Below, piece after piece: positions 37,477 to 55,600 of a DNA stretch of 64,000 bases. The notes below the pieces were generated by a model, which saw nothing but the letters and a program-made list of their open reading frames with translations, did not search any database and was not told where the DNA came from. This DNA comes from Schmidtea nova (taxonomy: Eukaryota): NCBI GenBank assembly GCA_044892505.1, contig CM097884.1, positions 125,302,001-125,366,000 of the forward strand, in the 5' to 3' direction. Each line of letters starts with the position of its first letter. Position 1 is the first letter of the stretch. The translations under genes were made by a program, and so were the position numbers.

Positions 37477-39428
37477 GTATTATGCATATAAAATGCAACT
37501 GATTAGCATTTGTCCATCTAACCCATATTTAATTTTACGTAAAATTAGTAAATATTATACTACTATTTAAAATAAGTAGTATAATTATAAGAATAATAAT
37601 AAACTTTGAAAATTTTCTATTGTCCCAGTGCTTCCGCCTGTCAATCCACTGTTTTTTAAATCTGCTACTGATAATTATCGTGAGATAAAATTTGATATAT
37701 TTAAAATTATTACAAATATTATGGCATTTGTATATTTTATTGTTGTTAAGTATGGAAAATTACTGTAAAATATTTTATTTAATCCAAAAAACGTTATATT
37801 GAGACTATCATTTGACGGGCATTATACGGGCATTATAATTTTAAAATTAGATTTATTTTCTATCTCTTCACTCCGCTTCTGCTGTCGCGGGCTAATGTGG
37901 TAATTTAGTACTAATTTTGTATCTAATATTTAAACCTAATATTCTAATATTTAGTAAATATTTGGAGTTTGTTTAAAAGATAAAAGATTTAATGTAATTA
38001 GTTCAAAATTATTATAAAATTTATTGAAATAATAACATTATATACAGACTTAAATTGAATTATTTATGTTGGGCTAACCGAATCACAGAATAAAGACCCT
38101 GAATAAGAGAAATAAAAACCTAATAAAAATAGAAATAAAATTAACAACAAACCAACAGTGTTCAGCAATCCGAATCGTTGAGATCAGAACAATAATAATA
38201 ATAACAATAGATGAATAATAAATCATCTGAAAACCTACCCAAGCAAGACGCGTCAGTCAACGCGAATAACCATAAAACGAAAGCGCGTAGGTGTACCGCC
38301 TGTTAATACGATGAAAATTTAAAACAAATCCGTCAATACAAATATAAACATAAAGCAGTAAAAGAAAATACCTGACCAAACACGCAGAAAAATAATGCAG
38401 TTGAAATAAATACCAAACATATATGAGAACAGAGGACGATTCTGATTGGTTGATGACCAAACAAAACTACTATATAAGTAGTGACCAATTTCAGATCATA
38501 ATGTCATTTTTTTGGTGTCGTTTATCACTAGTAAATTGCTATTGTACTAGCGTACTGTTATCAGAAAACCATTGTATCAGAGAAATCGATCGGAATAAAA
38601 GGTATATTGATGTGGATTTTGATTTCAATTTTTATAAACCCTCATGATTAAAATAAATAGGTTGTCCCGAAGGTGATCTGATCTGACGGGATCTTGGGCC
38701 TCTCAGCGCAACACATTTTCATGCGAGGGCTGATGCGGCGAATGAATAGGTTTTCTAAATTAGTTTGAGAGGGGTGCACATAGGTATTCTGATTTACCAC
38801 TCGCGTCATCAAGATCCAACCTCACCGAAAATCAGGATTAGTACAGCTACTATCAGAAACAAATAATTCGTCATAATGATAAAAGATCGAGGTTAAGTAC
38901 ATCATGATATCGTCTACAAATGAACTCTAGGAAGTCGGCGCCCTAGGCGTGGGTATACGTGCGACTCATAAATGAATTGAACAAGGTTTAGATGTAAGCC
39001 GAAAGGGTGGTATCATTAGACTTAAGTTGTGTATAACATCATAGGTAAGAGATAAACGCAAAGTTTGAAAAGTACCGTAGGAAATCGGCTACCAACAGTT
39101 TAGATATAAAACTAAAATCCCACCCATCTCTAAAGATCATTGTCTTGAGGGTATTGCCCGACATGAATATTATTTGGTTGTAAATGGTAAAGGGTGATGT
39201 TTTAACCACTGATGATCAAGAAGTGAATGATGTTTTAAAAATTGAATGAATATATCAGACACCGTGTATTGAGTGATGATGATCGATACACCAACACATT
39301 ATAGTAACTCACTGTGGGCCGATATGAGTGGGTTCCACAACCAATATAATATGATAAAATATTAGATGATGATCATTAATCCAGAATGCAGAACAAAACC
39401 GAATTGAATACTTTGCAGGTAAAAATTT

Positions 39429-40100
39429 GTGATGCGTGATGATGATCCCAAAACTACGAATGTCTATAATAGCATTATTCAGATCATGTCAAATATAAAA
39501 TCGCGCCAGCAACGATACCAGCCCCTGAAGGCGATATTCACTGATGCAAATACGACTCCGGAACGAATCAAGAAATCGGCCGAATGCCATCTTCGGGCGC
39601 GGAAGCGTCACCATGTGGATGCCGATGTGCGAGCAATGGCGTTTCCCGATAATCTTCGAATCCGATGGGAAGGAGACCCATCGTGCCCGGTATCTCCGGA
39701 CACTATGACCGAAACACGAGAGAAATGGTTCCTTCAATTTGAGGACGAGCAGGCCATGCCCCGGTGGATCCTCACGTTCAACCCCATATCCGGCTAGAAG
39801 CTTCGACAGCTAGGCTACATATTATTAGATCGGCCAAGGTGCATCTGCACAGGAGAACTCCTAACCTACACCAATACTCCCGGAAATAGGGACATGGATC
39901 AACGCCAGTGGAACCGCGGAGTACAGATGTGGGAGGTATTTATTTTCCAGGGTGAACTGTGTTGGAATCCATGCCCATAACTATACCAGGAAGATGGAAA
40001 AGGACGAGCCGAGCCGAGCGAGAATACGATCAGGATTTGGTCGAATTTTGATAAACACCTGACAATGGATGAAGTGATCGACATATTTTATCATAAATAA
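39429..40100 (+). pseudogene. Unidentified GC-richer coding-like segment upstream of orphan ORF copy B
   Basis: 122-aa ORF followed by further open stretches in shifted frames (DQRQWNRGVQMWEVFIFQGELCWNPCP). Confidence 0.35.
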
Positions 40101-40298
40101 ATGAGTGTTTTGTTACATTGTTTTATGCCTGAATGTATGTGGTACAAGTGATTGACGTATAGACAAATTGAATGGCGAGTGTGGGGTAAAGAGGGGTTAA
40201 AAAATTGACAATTATGCCAGCGAATGAGCAGGGAATGAGTGAAATATGCGGAATCTATTTTAAAACGAATATACTAACCCCTCCAATTTTCCTTTTAG

Positions 40299-40856
40299 AT
40301 GAAGGTAGCGAAGGACCACGAATACAAGGAGGCGAGATTGTCCCGAAAACGAGTAAAAGTCCTCGAGAGTCGCCTAAAACAGTTAGACACCGAGATGACC
40401 CTAATAAAAACAACATGGTTCCATCCGGAACGGGTTAAAACCATCCAACAAGCTAGATATCGGGCGGAAAGGGCATTAGAGGAGCAGACGCGCGAAACAG
40501 CAGCAGTCAAGCTAGAGCTCAGTAACTACTTACACGCCTCCACGAAAGAATTCATTGAGCAGCAGCTGAAGCCTCTCATCCGCACTAGCACATTCAATCG
40601 GTGGGCCAAGTCGACTAGTGTCTCCATGGGAGTGCAAACCGATGCCAATACAAACCCAAGTCCAGATAATCCGGAAATGATTCATCAACGAGAGGGATCG
40701 AAACCTACAAAGAGAAGGAACCGACTAGGTGCCAAGAGACGTCGGGAAAGACGAGCGTACGCCGAGAAGTTGGGGATAGAAGTCGATTTTCTAAGCGGCT
40801 TATCAGAAAAACAATTAATCCATCTGATGCATCCGGAAATGTTATTACCCGAATAA
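40299..40856 (+). CDS. Coiled-coil/Arg-rich orphan ORF family, copy B (intact, 185 aa; possibly a spliced exon)
   Basis: Open frame; preceded by branch point TACTAAC (40272-40278), pyrimidine tract and TAG acceptor (40296-40298); stop lies within AATAAA; homologous to copies A and C. Confidence 0.7.
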   Translation: MKVAKDHEYKEARLSRKRVKVLESRLKQLDTEMTLIKTTWFHPERVKTIQQARYRAERALEEQTRETAAVKLELSNYLHASTKEFIEQQLKPLIRTSTFNRWAKSTSVSMGVQTDANTNPSPDNPEMIHQREGSKPTKRRNRLGAKRRRERRAYAEKLGIEVDFLSGLSEKQLIHLMHPEMLLPE

Positions 40857-41008
40857 ATGTGTTATGTACAAATTGTGTTCTTATGAATGAATGTGGGATG
40901 TATGAGGGTTTAAGTAAATGAACGATTGATAAAATCCAATTCATTGAAAGCCAAAGGACGTAAGGAAAGTAAATCAACCCTAGACGGAGTGAATCTAAAT
41001 AAATGAGG

Positions 41009-41164
41009 GGGACCGGAATAAAACCACACAAACCTTCTATCGGTAGTGGTGGACCCGTGAATAAATAAGGGAATAGTAGCCGCAAGGTTGCTCACCTGCC
41101 TTATCATTTCACAACGTTGATACAGTTCCAACATGATGAGTAGTTAGGGATACATCATGGGTAT
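41009..41164 (+). ncRNA. Conserved multi-hairpin motif, copy B
   Basis: GGGAC ... ACC-TTCTATC-GGT ... GTAGCC-GCAA-GGTTGC (GNRA loop) ... CTCACCTG ... ATCAT..AACGT-TGAT-ACAGTT..ATGAT ... CATGGGTAT. Confidence 0.5.
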
Positions 41165-43197
41165 CAGCGGGGGAAAGCGCGTTTATGTTGGCGAGATTAC
41201 CCTAACCAATGACATCGAGTATAATCTCTGTTGCAAAATCTAAACAACAAACTAGCATTTATCAGATTGTAGAATATTGATAGTAATTATGATTACACAT
41301 AAGTAAATATTTAATAGGGTTTGCTTCAAGGGTACGTATTTTTGGGGGAAAAGTTTTACATTATATTTTTCATAATTAATTCTTAATAGTATTAAAATAA
41401 AACAATTATAGAATTAAAAATAGAATTAGAACAGAAACATCGCTAAACGCACAAAATATTAAAATTTTAATTGCAGAACCGTAGCTAAAATAATAAAAGG
41501 AAATTCTTAGAAAATTACATATTAAAGTTAATAAAAAATTTTAATCCGTATATACTGACTTGGAACAATATTTTCTTCAACATTTGATCGAATTAATCAA
41601 TTTATCTCAATAAATTAAAATTTCATTATGTATTATATTTATCTAAAGATTGCAAGTGTTTTATTAAAAAAGTTAGCTAAGTTTAAAAAGCTCATGTTCA
41701 GAATAGTTTGTAATAATTTTTGCAGTTATTTTTGTGAGCAATAACTAAAAAATTCGACTAAATACAATCCTACTAAACATCAATTCAACTAAAAACAATT
41801 GAACTAATTACAATCATACTAAACTTTTAAATTACAATATACTTTTTAAACATTTTACTTTTTTAAAACTAAAATTTAACTTTGAAATTATAATATTCTG
41901 AACAATTTATAATTTTAAAAAATTGAAAGTTTATAGCAAGAAGTTAACCCATATAAATTTTATCAATTGAAAATGTATTACAAAATTTTAAAAACAAAAA
42001 AAATCAATGATAGTTTATTGTTAAATGAATTCATTTTTACATAAAATGAATTAGAGGTTTTAGTAAAGGGCCTAAAATCAGGTTAAATAATTATATTCAA
42101 CGATTTAGTTAAAATTTAATTAGTTGAATTAAGTTTTAGTCGAATTGTAATTAGTTGAATTGTTTTAGTTAAAAGCTCAGTTTTGAACGATGTAATAAAA
42201 AAATGAAGAAAAAATGACATTAAATATACTAGATGATGATCCTAGATGATGATCCTAGAAATGAAGGACCTAATTTTTAAAAGGAGCCTGTAGTGTTCCT
42301 TGTTCTCACTATATTTCACTTAAAATCTCGTTTTTGTCAGAAATCCAATAATTATTACATCGCTTGAAAATCATTCATTTAGGCAATTTTAAATGAAACT
42401 ACAGTGTAAATTTTAATATTTTATAGCTAAAATTCAAATACTATCGTGTGATGCGACAGTCCAAATTTTATTACAAATAGTAGTTTTAAATTTGAAAACT
42501 ATTTTATTTCTTTCCAAAAAATGTCTGTCTTTCCTTTATTTTTGTCGTTGAAAAATGGTCACTGTAGTCATACATGATTTTAAAGCTGATATGCTCTAGA
42601 AATGTTGTGTCAATGTTGCTGAACCAGTGATATTTAATTTAGACAAAATTAGAAGGCCTTAGAAGAGATGTTTGAAGCTTTAGAAGATTTATTGAGCAAA
42701 AAGTAAAGCAACTTATATGATGAAATATAAAAAGAATTTGAATGTTTTGTCAATTAACATATGGTATGACATTTTATCTACAATTAACAAAATTAGTAAA
42801 AATTAGTAAAAATGAGAAAAATAATAATATACTTATAAGGTTTCATGGGACACTTAAAAATTTGATAGATTATTTAAAATAATTTCAAAATAATTTTTTT
42901 TAAATCAAGATTTGAAATTTGTGAGTTTAAAGAAATAAGATCAAGAAAACGAAGACGTAAATTTGACCATGAAATAACCAACACGTGTACAAATAATTCT
43001 AAAACAAATTTCTTAGAAACAATAGATCAATGAATACTGTCCACAAAAAGATTCTAGCAAATAAAGAAACATGGTTTAACTCTAGGTTTCCTTTATAATG
43101 GTCCTTCACCAATAATGATAGACGACAAAGATCTAAATTACTTCAATGAAATCATAACTCCCCATTTTCTAAGATTTTTTTTTCTTTTTCTAAGCCC

Positions 43198-43707
43198 CAA
43201 CGCCGGCTTAGGAGCGATGCAGATATGGCAAATGCATAGGGCGGCCTGAGTAATGGGCGGCAAATTGACCAACATTTGTGTTACGTTTTTTAAAATTTTA
43301 TTTAAATAATTAAAAAATATATTAAATATTAAAAAATGTTGTAATTTATATTAATGATTTGACTGATTTTAATATGAATTTATATACAAAATATACTCAA
43401 GGCTAGATATCTGTAATATTTTGCATATCTTTAGCTGTTTCCAAATTTTTTCTTCGTTGTGGTTTGAGTTTGAGCTAAAAATTTTAGGCATTCAAATAGT
43501 TTTTTGAAACTTGATTTATTTCAAATCAAAAAGAAAATTAATTTTCATCGTAGTTGGCTGCTTTCCTAATTTCAACAATATCGTTTTCAAACAATATATT
43601 TTTTCATACATTTTTCTCAGTATTTTTATTATTAAAAGTTTAAGAAATAATATTGGGCGGGAAAATTTATATATGCACAGGGCACCACAACTGATGTGCC
43701 GGCGCTG
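43198..43707. mobile_element. hAT MITE with GC-rich ends
   Basis: Ends CAACGCCGGC / GCCGGCGCTG; 8-bp TSD 7/8 (CTAAGCCC/CTAAGCTC). Confidence 0.75.
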
Positions 43708-44031
43708 CTAAGCTCCTTTTCGTTGTTGTATCTCACCAGAACATTTTTGCTAAATTTGATGAAAAGAGACGATTGGAATTCTTTCTGTTTTCAAAAAGAT
43801 TCTAGCAAATAAAGAAACATTTTTATTACGTCCATAATATGCAGTTTACATTTTAGAAAAAACGCATTTTATTTATCGTTGGTGTTATCTCTTATTTTAC
43901 TTAAATATTTGGTGATGCGTAAGCGCACCACTGGCTTTATAACTATAGAAGTTATAGAATGAAATTCGCAGATGCAGTATTTATTTGTGTCTTGTGTTGC
44001 GCGGTTTTCGTTTGATAAGAGTTAGTGAAAC

Positions 44032-45190
44032 ATGGCATTTCCGAGGTATTTAACTCATAAGGAATTAGAAGCTGCCCTTGAGGAGATTGTGACGGAATTG
44101 GAGAATAATAATGAAAGTCGTAAGTACCCGTATTTACATATTCTTACATATAAAAAATATTGAACTATTTAGTTTAACTCGAAATTATTGTGTCAATAAC
44201 GTAAAATATTTAGTTACAGAACATGTCGACGCCGTTTATATTCCACCCGGAGTGGATTCTTTGACCGACGAAGAAACTAAGAATGATGAAAGCAATATAC
44301 GAGAAGTTCAGGAACCACATGATATAGTCTGAACTTTCGAGTTGCATGTGCCGAACAATACACAATATCTCGACTACTGCAGCACTTTGCCTACTGCCAC
44401 ACCTGCACCTGATTTTGATTCTTCAGATGATGAAACATTGGAATCCAAAAGAAGACGTATGTTGCCTGCAAACCACCACCTAGCTTCTGAAGTCAAATGG
44501 AAAAAGGGTCAGATTGAATATACTCACACACCTACATCAGAAGAGTTTCGATCATGCGAGGAACTAAAAAATAAGCTTTCGGGAAAATCGCCTCTTGAAC
44601 TATTTTTCTCGTTTTTCGATGACGAAGTGATTGACTTAATTTTAAATTTTTCACTAAAATATGCTCAAGACAATAACCGCCATAATTTTCATTATCAAAA
44701 AACGAACTTTTAAATTTTATAGGAATTTTACTGTTTTCCGGTTATCATTCATTACCACATATTCAACATTACTGGTCTACTGATGAAGACAAAGGAATTT
44801 CATCAAGAAATGTATGAGCCGAAATAGATTTCAATCTATCAAACAGAACTTACATTTATCTGACAATAATCTGTTAGATAAATATGATAAATATGCAAAA
44901 CATAGACCCTTTTTCGATGTTATAAATAACAAAAGATTACAATTTGGAATATTTGCATTCAAATTATCCATAGATGAACAAATGGTTTCCTACTTTGGAT
45001 GACACTCGTGTAAAATGTTCATAAAGGATAAGTCAGTCCGTTTTGTTTTCAAGTTTTGGTGCCTTTGTTCATATGATGGGTATATTTTTTATTCACTTCC
45101 ATATGATGGTTCAGGAAATGTCATTCATTCTGCCCTCGGTCTTGGTGGTGACGTAGTTATGAGTCTACTTTCTGTGATAGATAAACCGGT
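44032..45190 (+). pseudogene. piggyBac (PGBD-like) transposase pseudogene, 3'-truncated, with a probable short intron
   Basis: PLELFFSFFDDEVI, MSRNRFQSIKQNLHLSDN, LSIDEQMV..FG, KFWCLC..DGY; GTAAGT...TTAG intron candidate at about 44120-44214. Confidence 0.88.
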
Positions 45191-45339
45191 AAATCAATTT
45201 TTCAGTACAATAAATATATGGGTGGGTAGACTTACATGACAATGGAATTGCAAATTATAGGTGCCAAGTATTTGGGAAAAATGGTGGTGACCTTTATTTT
45301 GTAATACATTAGATAGCTTAGTAGTAAATGCATGGAAAA

Positions 45340-45600
45340 TTTATAATATTGTTAACGAAACTAATAAAGCTAAGGGGGTAACATTGAAAGTTACTGGCAT
45401 AAAGCATCAGTCGTACCTGGACTATTTTAATAATAACCAAATATTTTCTGTTTTCCAAGCCAGAATCACAAGTAAAAATCACCAACTTTTTACTATTAAA
45501 AATGAAAAGACTGCACTGACAAACGCAGATGATAAAAGGAAATGCGCTGCAGAAAATAAAAGCTTGGCATATGGCCATTATATGGGAGGTAAATTGGTGA
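45340..45600 (+). pseudogene. C-terminal fragment of a Polinton/adintovirus-type family B DNA polymerase
   Basis: NKAKGV...ITSKNHQLFT...KTAL...DDKR...SLAYGHY, the characteristic C-terminus of these polymerases. Confidence 0.75.
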
Positions 45601-46172
45601 TATTTCAACATACCGATCCAAGAATCAATACAGATCACAAATTTCAAGATCCAACTGAAGAAGAAACAGTTTTATTAAATAAAATTTGTTGAAAATTTTA
45701 GTTTTTATTGTTTTCATTTATTTATTTATATATTGTAGATTAGTTTCAGTCTGTTTTTATAATTTGGGTATTAATTCTTAGAAACTATNNNNNNNNNNNN
45801 NNNNNNNNNNNNNNNNNNNNNNNNNNNNNNNNNNNNNNNNNNNNNNNNNNNNNNNNNNNNNNNNNNNNNNNNNNNNNNNNNNNNNNNNNNNNNNNNNNNN
45901 NNNNNNNNNNNNNNNNNNNNNNNNNNNNNNNNNAGATAATAGTAGTAATAAATATTAATAAAAATATTTATTAAAAAAATATTAAAAATAATACTTATAA
46001 AATATTATTATTAATAAAAAAATATTAATTATAACTGTAANNNNNNNNNNNNNNNNNNNNNNNNNNNNNNNNNNNNNNNNNNNNNNNNNNNNNNNNNNNN
46101 NNNNNNNNNNNNNNNNNNNNNNNNNNNNNNNNNNNNNNNNNNNNNNNNNNNNNNNNNNNNNNNNNNNNNNNN

Positions 46173-51064
<4,892 letters not shown>

Positions 51065-51083
<19 letters not shown>

Positions 51084-51183
51084 CGCCCTTTCAATTATTT
51101 TATTGGCATATGTTTTGAACATCACAAGAGGAGATTGAGGATCAATCATAAAGTTATTGTAAATTGCAAGACCATAATCGGGG
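51065..51183 (-). repeat. LTR-like arm 2, 3' part (end of fourth 114-bp unit plus 45-bp tail)
   Basis: Reverse complement of the corresponding part of 46466-46624, with one substitution in the tail. Confidence 0.9.
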
Positions 51184-51420
51184 TGTGATGTAATTATAAC
51201 GGGATATTCGATTTCCCTAACCCTTATTATATATTGTGTCATGCCTGCATGTGTGATTGATTATGCTTGATTGACTGGGTCCTCAGATGACATCATTGTT
51301 TATTATTTTCCCAAGAAGCTATTGCTGATTGTGCTGGTGTCGGCACACCGGGTACTATAAATAGTACCAAGATTTCTTAAATAAAGTTTTAGAACTTCAA
51401 AAGTCATTCTTATTCTTTAC

Positions 51421-52590
51421 ATGGCGACCACGCTTTCAACTCAGGAATTATTACGGATTCTCCCACAGCCGAAAATCTATTCAATTGGAGACGATTTGGA
51501 AGAATTTATTGAGAAGATCGAATCATATTTTTCAATTATTCAGTTAGACAATAGTCAAAGAAAAGTAATTGTTCGAGCTTATTTGGACGAAAATTGCCGC
51601 AACAAATATGACAAGATTCCAGATGAAGAAGATTATGTGAAAAGGCTTAGACTAGCATTCGAAGTAAACCAGGATTTAGCTAAGGATTTGGAAAATTTGC
51701 TAAATTACCGAAAAAGAGAAGATGATGCAGAAACATACATCAGCAAAATTGAGAAAGGCGTTCAGAAAATTCTGAAGCACAAACTAACAATGTCAAATTT
51801 GACAACATTCTTCCTAAAGCATTGTCTTGATAATGAAGAAGAAAAACGTGAAATAAAAAGATATGAAATGACGGAAGATTTGCTGAAAGTAAAATTATCG
51901 AAAGAAGACTTCAGAAATGACGGAGAGTCAGTACAGAAAGGTCCAACGGCAAATAAATATATTAAAAGAATTTTACAGAAATTGGATGAAGATAAATCAA
52001 AGATACAACAAGTTTCAGCCGTTGGAAATGCCTCTTACGCGTCAATTGTGAAAAACGGTCAATACAATTCCAATGAAAAAAGAAATAGTTATGGAAATCA
52101 GCGAAATCAAATTGATAAGAAATATGAATTTTCAAAACAAAGAAATCAATTTCAAGGACGATCAGATTATCAAAGGAATTTCAATAGAAATTTCAGTGGA
52201 AGACCTCAAAATGGAAACAATTATCAAAATCGAAGTTCAGATCAATATTCAAAAGTGCAATGTTACGCATGCCGTGAAATTGGTCATATTCGTCGGGAAT
52301 GCCCAAATATGCGTTGTTCGTGTTGTGGAAAAGCAGGTCATTTAAGTTTTCAATGTTTTCAGAAACAACATCACTACGAGATGAGATTTCAAAGAACTTC
52401 GAATCAAAACAATGGAAATTTCAATCGATACAATCGAAGTTCTAATCAAGAAAATGATCGAAACAATGGGGATCACGTGGCTGCAGTAGATGATGACGAA
52501 TCGAGAGACTATGATGGACAGTCAGAGATATCGGGAAATGCCAAAGCTCCGAGCAGAGGGGATATGTTAGGAGCGATAAATCACATGTAA
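51421..52590 (+). CDS. gag: Gypsy Gag with two CCHC zinc knuckles
   Basis: CYACREIGHIRREC and CSCCGKAGHLSFQC. Confidence 0.92.
   Translation: MATTLSTQELLRILPQPKIYSIGDDLEEFIEKIESYFSIIQLDNSQRKVIVRAYLDENCRNKYDKIPDEEDYVKRLRLAFEVNQDLAKDLENLLNYRKREDDAETYISKIEKGVQKILKHKLTMSNLTTFFLKHCLDNEEEKREIKRYEMTEDLLKVKLSKEDFRNDGESVQKGPTANKYIKRILQKLDEDKSKIQQVSAVGNASYASIVKNGQYNSNEKRNSYGNQRNQIDKKYEFSKQRNQFQGRSDYQRNFNRNFSGRPQNGNNYQNRSSDQYSKVQCYACREIGHIRRECPNMRCSCCGKAGHLSFQCFQKQHHYEMRFQRTSNQNNGNFNRYNRSSNQENDRNNGDHVAAVDDDESRDYDGQSEISGNAKAPSRGDMLGAINHM
52533..52574 (+). promoter_or_regulatory. Predicted -1 ribosomal frameshift signal (gag-pol)
   Basis: In-phase slippery heptamer G GGA AAT (52533-52539), 6-nt spacer, stem GCTCC/GGAGC; the -1 frame is open from here into pol. 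Confidence 0.7.
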
Positions 52591-52604
52591 GCAATGATAA
52601 ATTT

Positions 52605-55600
52605 TTGAGGACCCTAAATGCTGAATGTAATGATTGTTTGGTTGATTGTTTGTTTGATAATGTTAATGTTGATTTTTTCCCCAATCAAAAATCTGATTAT
52701 GACTTTTATTTAATTAATAATTGTAATAATGAACAAAATGAGAATGACTGTATATTTGTGAGTGATTGTTATAAAAATGATTGTATTTTAAATATATTTA
52801 ATAAAAAATTAAAATTACCGAGTGTAAATGTTATTAAAGATATATTTGATATAGGATATTGTAAGGTAGATGGTAGACCATTTAATAATGTTAAATTAAA
52901 TAATGTGACTTTTAATTCATTATTTGACACAGGAGCAAAAATAAGTGTTTTATCTAAAATGACTGCTGAAAAATTGAATTTAAAATATTTTAATGAAGGA
53001 AATAGAAAGATATCTTGTGCCAACGGTAGCATGTTAGGGATTTTAGGGAAAGTTTCTTTAAGGTTAGAGTTCAACAATAAAGAAATAACTGGAGAATTTT
53101 TCGTTGCAGAGGAAATATACCCAGAAGTAATTATAGGAATAGATATATTGAATTCTTTAAATATTAAGTTAGTTGAATTTTGTAATGAAAATGTCCTCAG
53201 TTTGCAAGCAAAATTTGGTAATAATTTAAAATTAAATATTAAAAATAAATATATTAATGAAATATTGAAAATTGAAAGATGCAATCCGATATATGAAATA
53301 GTTATTGAATTCTCAGATATTTTTATGTGTAATAAATGGGATATAGGCAAAACAGATATTTTAAAGCACAGAATAGAAACTAACTGCAATCCAATACCAA
53401 TTAAGCCACGGCGACAACCAATGCACTATGAGGAAAAACTAGAGGAAATTGTTAAAAACCTAGAAGAAAATAAAATTATAGAGAAATGTGAATCACCTTG
53501 GAATTCACCAATAGTTTGTGTGCCAAAAAAGGGAACTTCTGAAATTCGAATGTGCTTGGATTTTAGGATTTTAAATTCAAATACTGTTAGACCAGCTTTT
53601 CCAATTCCCAATGTTGATGAAATGCTAGATTCTTTGTATGGGGCCAAATATTTTTCGTCGATCGACTTAGGAAATGCTTATTATCAAGTTGAATTGGATG
53701 AAGAGAGTAAATTGAAAACAGCATTTTCTACAAGACAGGGCCAATTCTGCTTTAATAGGATGCCTTTTGGGATAGCTGCCGCACCATCAACGTTTCAAAA
53801 ACTTATGACATTAATAGTTGGAGATATGATGTGGAATGAAGCATTAGTCTATTTAGATGACATACTGATCTTTTCGAAAACTATTGAAGAACAAAAAGAA
53901 AGAATAAATAAGCTCTTCCTTAGAATTAGGAAATCTGGACTAAAAATTAATCCTGAAAAATGCAAGTTCCTAGTATCTGAATTAAAGTTTCTTGGACATA
54001 TAATTAATGAAAAAGGTATTAAAACAGATGAGTCTAAGATTGAAACAATTAAAAATGTAAAGCAGCCTAATTGTGTGAAACATCTTAGGAGCTTTTTAGG
54101 ATTGTGTAATTACTATAGGAAATTTATTCAAAATTACTCAAAAATAGCTAGGCCATTGGAATCTTTAATTGGAGGTAAAAGCAAAAGTATTATTTGGACA
54201 TCACAATGTGAAAAAGCTTTTGACGAGTTAAAACATAGTTTGATCAGTGCACCATTACTATGTCATCCGGATTTTAATAAAACATTCATTTTAGACACTG
54301 ATGCTAGTTTTGATTGTATTGGTGCTGTTTTATCACAAAGAGGTGACGATAATGAAGAAAAGATAATCGCATATGGTTCAAAAAGTATGAATAAACATGA
54401 AATTGGGTACTGTATAACAAGAAAGGAATTATTATCTGTTTTCCATTTTACACAGCATTTTAAACATTATCTGTACGGAAAAAAATTTATTTTAAGAACT
54501 GATCATAAGGCAATCACATTTATGTTAACTACAAAAAAACCAATTACCGCTCAGTTTCAAAATTGGATAAATTTTTTAAGTAGTTTGGACATGAAATTAG
54601 AATATCGCAAAGGTGAGAAACACAATAATGCGGATGCACTATCACGACTGAATATTGGAAATTGCACACAATGTCAGATGAATCATATTGATGCTAAAGC
54701 AGAAAGAATTAAAACTAAAATTTTAGCAATGTCGATAGAAGATCAAACATTTAAATGGCAAAGTAATTCTGAAGAAATAATGGAAATAAAAGAAAACATT
54801 CAGAACGGCAAAACTGAAGATTATTATGTGGACAATGGAATTATTATGACTCATAATAATAAAATATATATTCCTTCATATTTGAAAAATGATTTTATAC
54901 TAGAAATCCATAAAGAATTGTGTCATGCAGGAATCAACAAAACGACAAGCTACATAAAGAATTATTATAATTTCCAAGAAATGGACAAAAGTATTAGGAG
55001 AATTATCACAACTTGTGAAATTTGCCAGAAACGTAAAACATTCACTGGTAAAACAAAAGAAGTTATTGAAAAACTAATTGCGCATGAACCATTTGAAAAA
55101 ATATATATTGATTTTTGTGGCCCTTTTAAAATGACACCATCTGGCAAAAGATATGTGATGGCTATAATAGATCATTTTAGTAAATATATAGTATTAAAAG
55201 CTGTAAGAACACAAGAAGAAAAGACATTAATTGATAATCTGGAAAGTTCGTGGATATTGAAGTTTGGACCACCAAAGGAAATTCATGTTGATAAAGGAAA
55301 ATGTTTCGAATCTCAAGCTTTTAAAAATATGGCAATGAAGTATCACTTGAAGATTGTTTATTCAAGTCCTTATCATCATCAATCTAATGGACAAATTGAA
55401 AGGCAATTTAGAACGCTAAGAGACTGGATTTCCTGCTGTTTGGACGAGAAACAGTTTAAGACATGGGAAGAAGCATTGCCTCATATAGAATTTGCAATGA
55501 ATTCAACAATGCAGTCAAGTATAAAAGTTAGTCCTGTTGAAGTAATTTATGGAAGGAAATTTTGCAAAGAGCGTTTTACTAATGGTCCAGAAATTAATGC

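Noticed and set aside
38065-38190. Solo LTR-like TG...CA segment
   Set aside because: No matching TSD, PBS or second copy.
38959-39100. Group II intron start (GTGCG) or LSU rRNA-like GAAAAGTACCGT
   Set aside because: No domain V/VI and no extended rRNA similarity; the short matches are compatible with chance.
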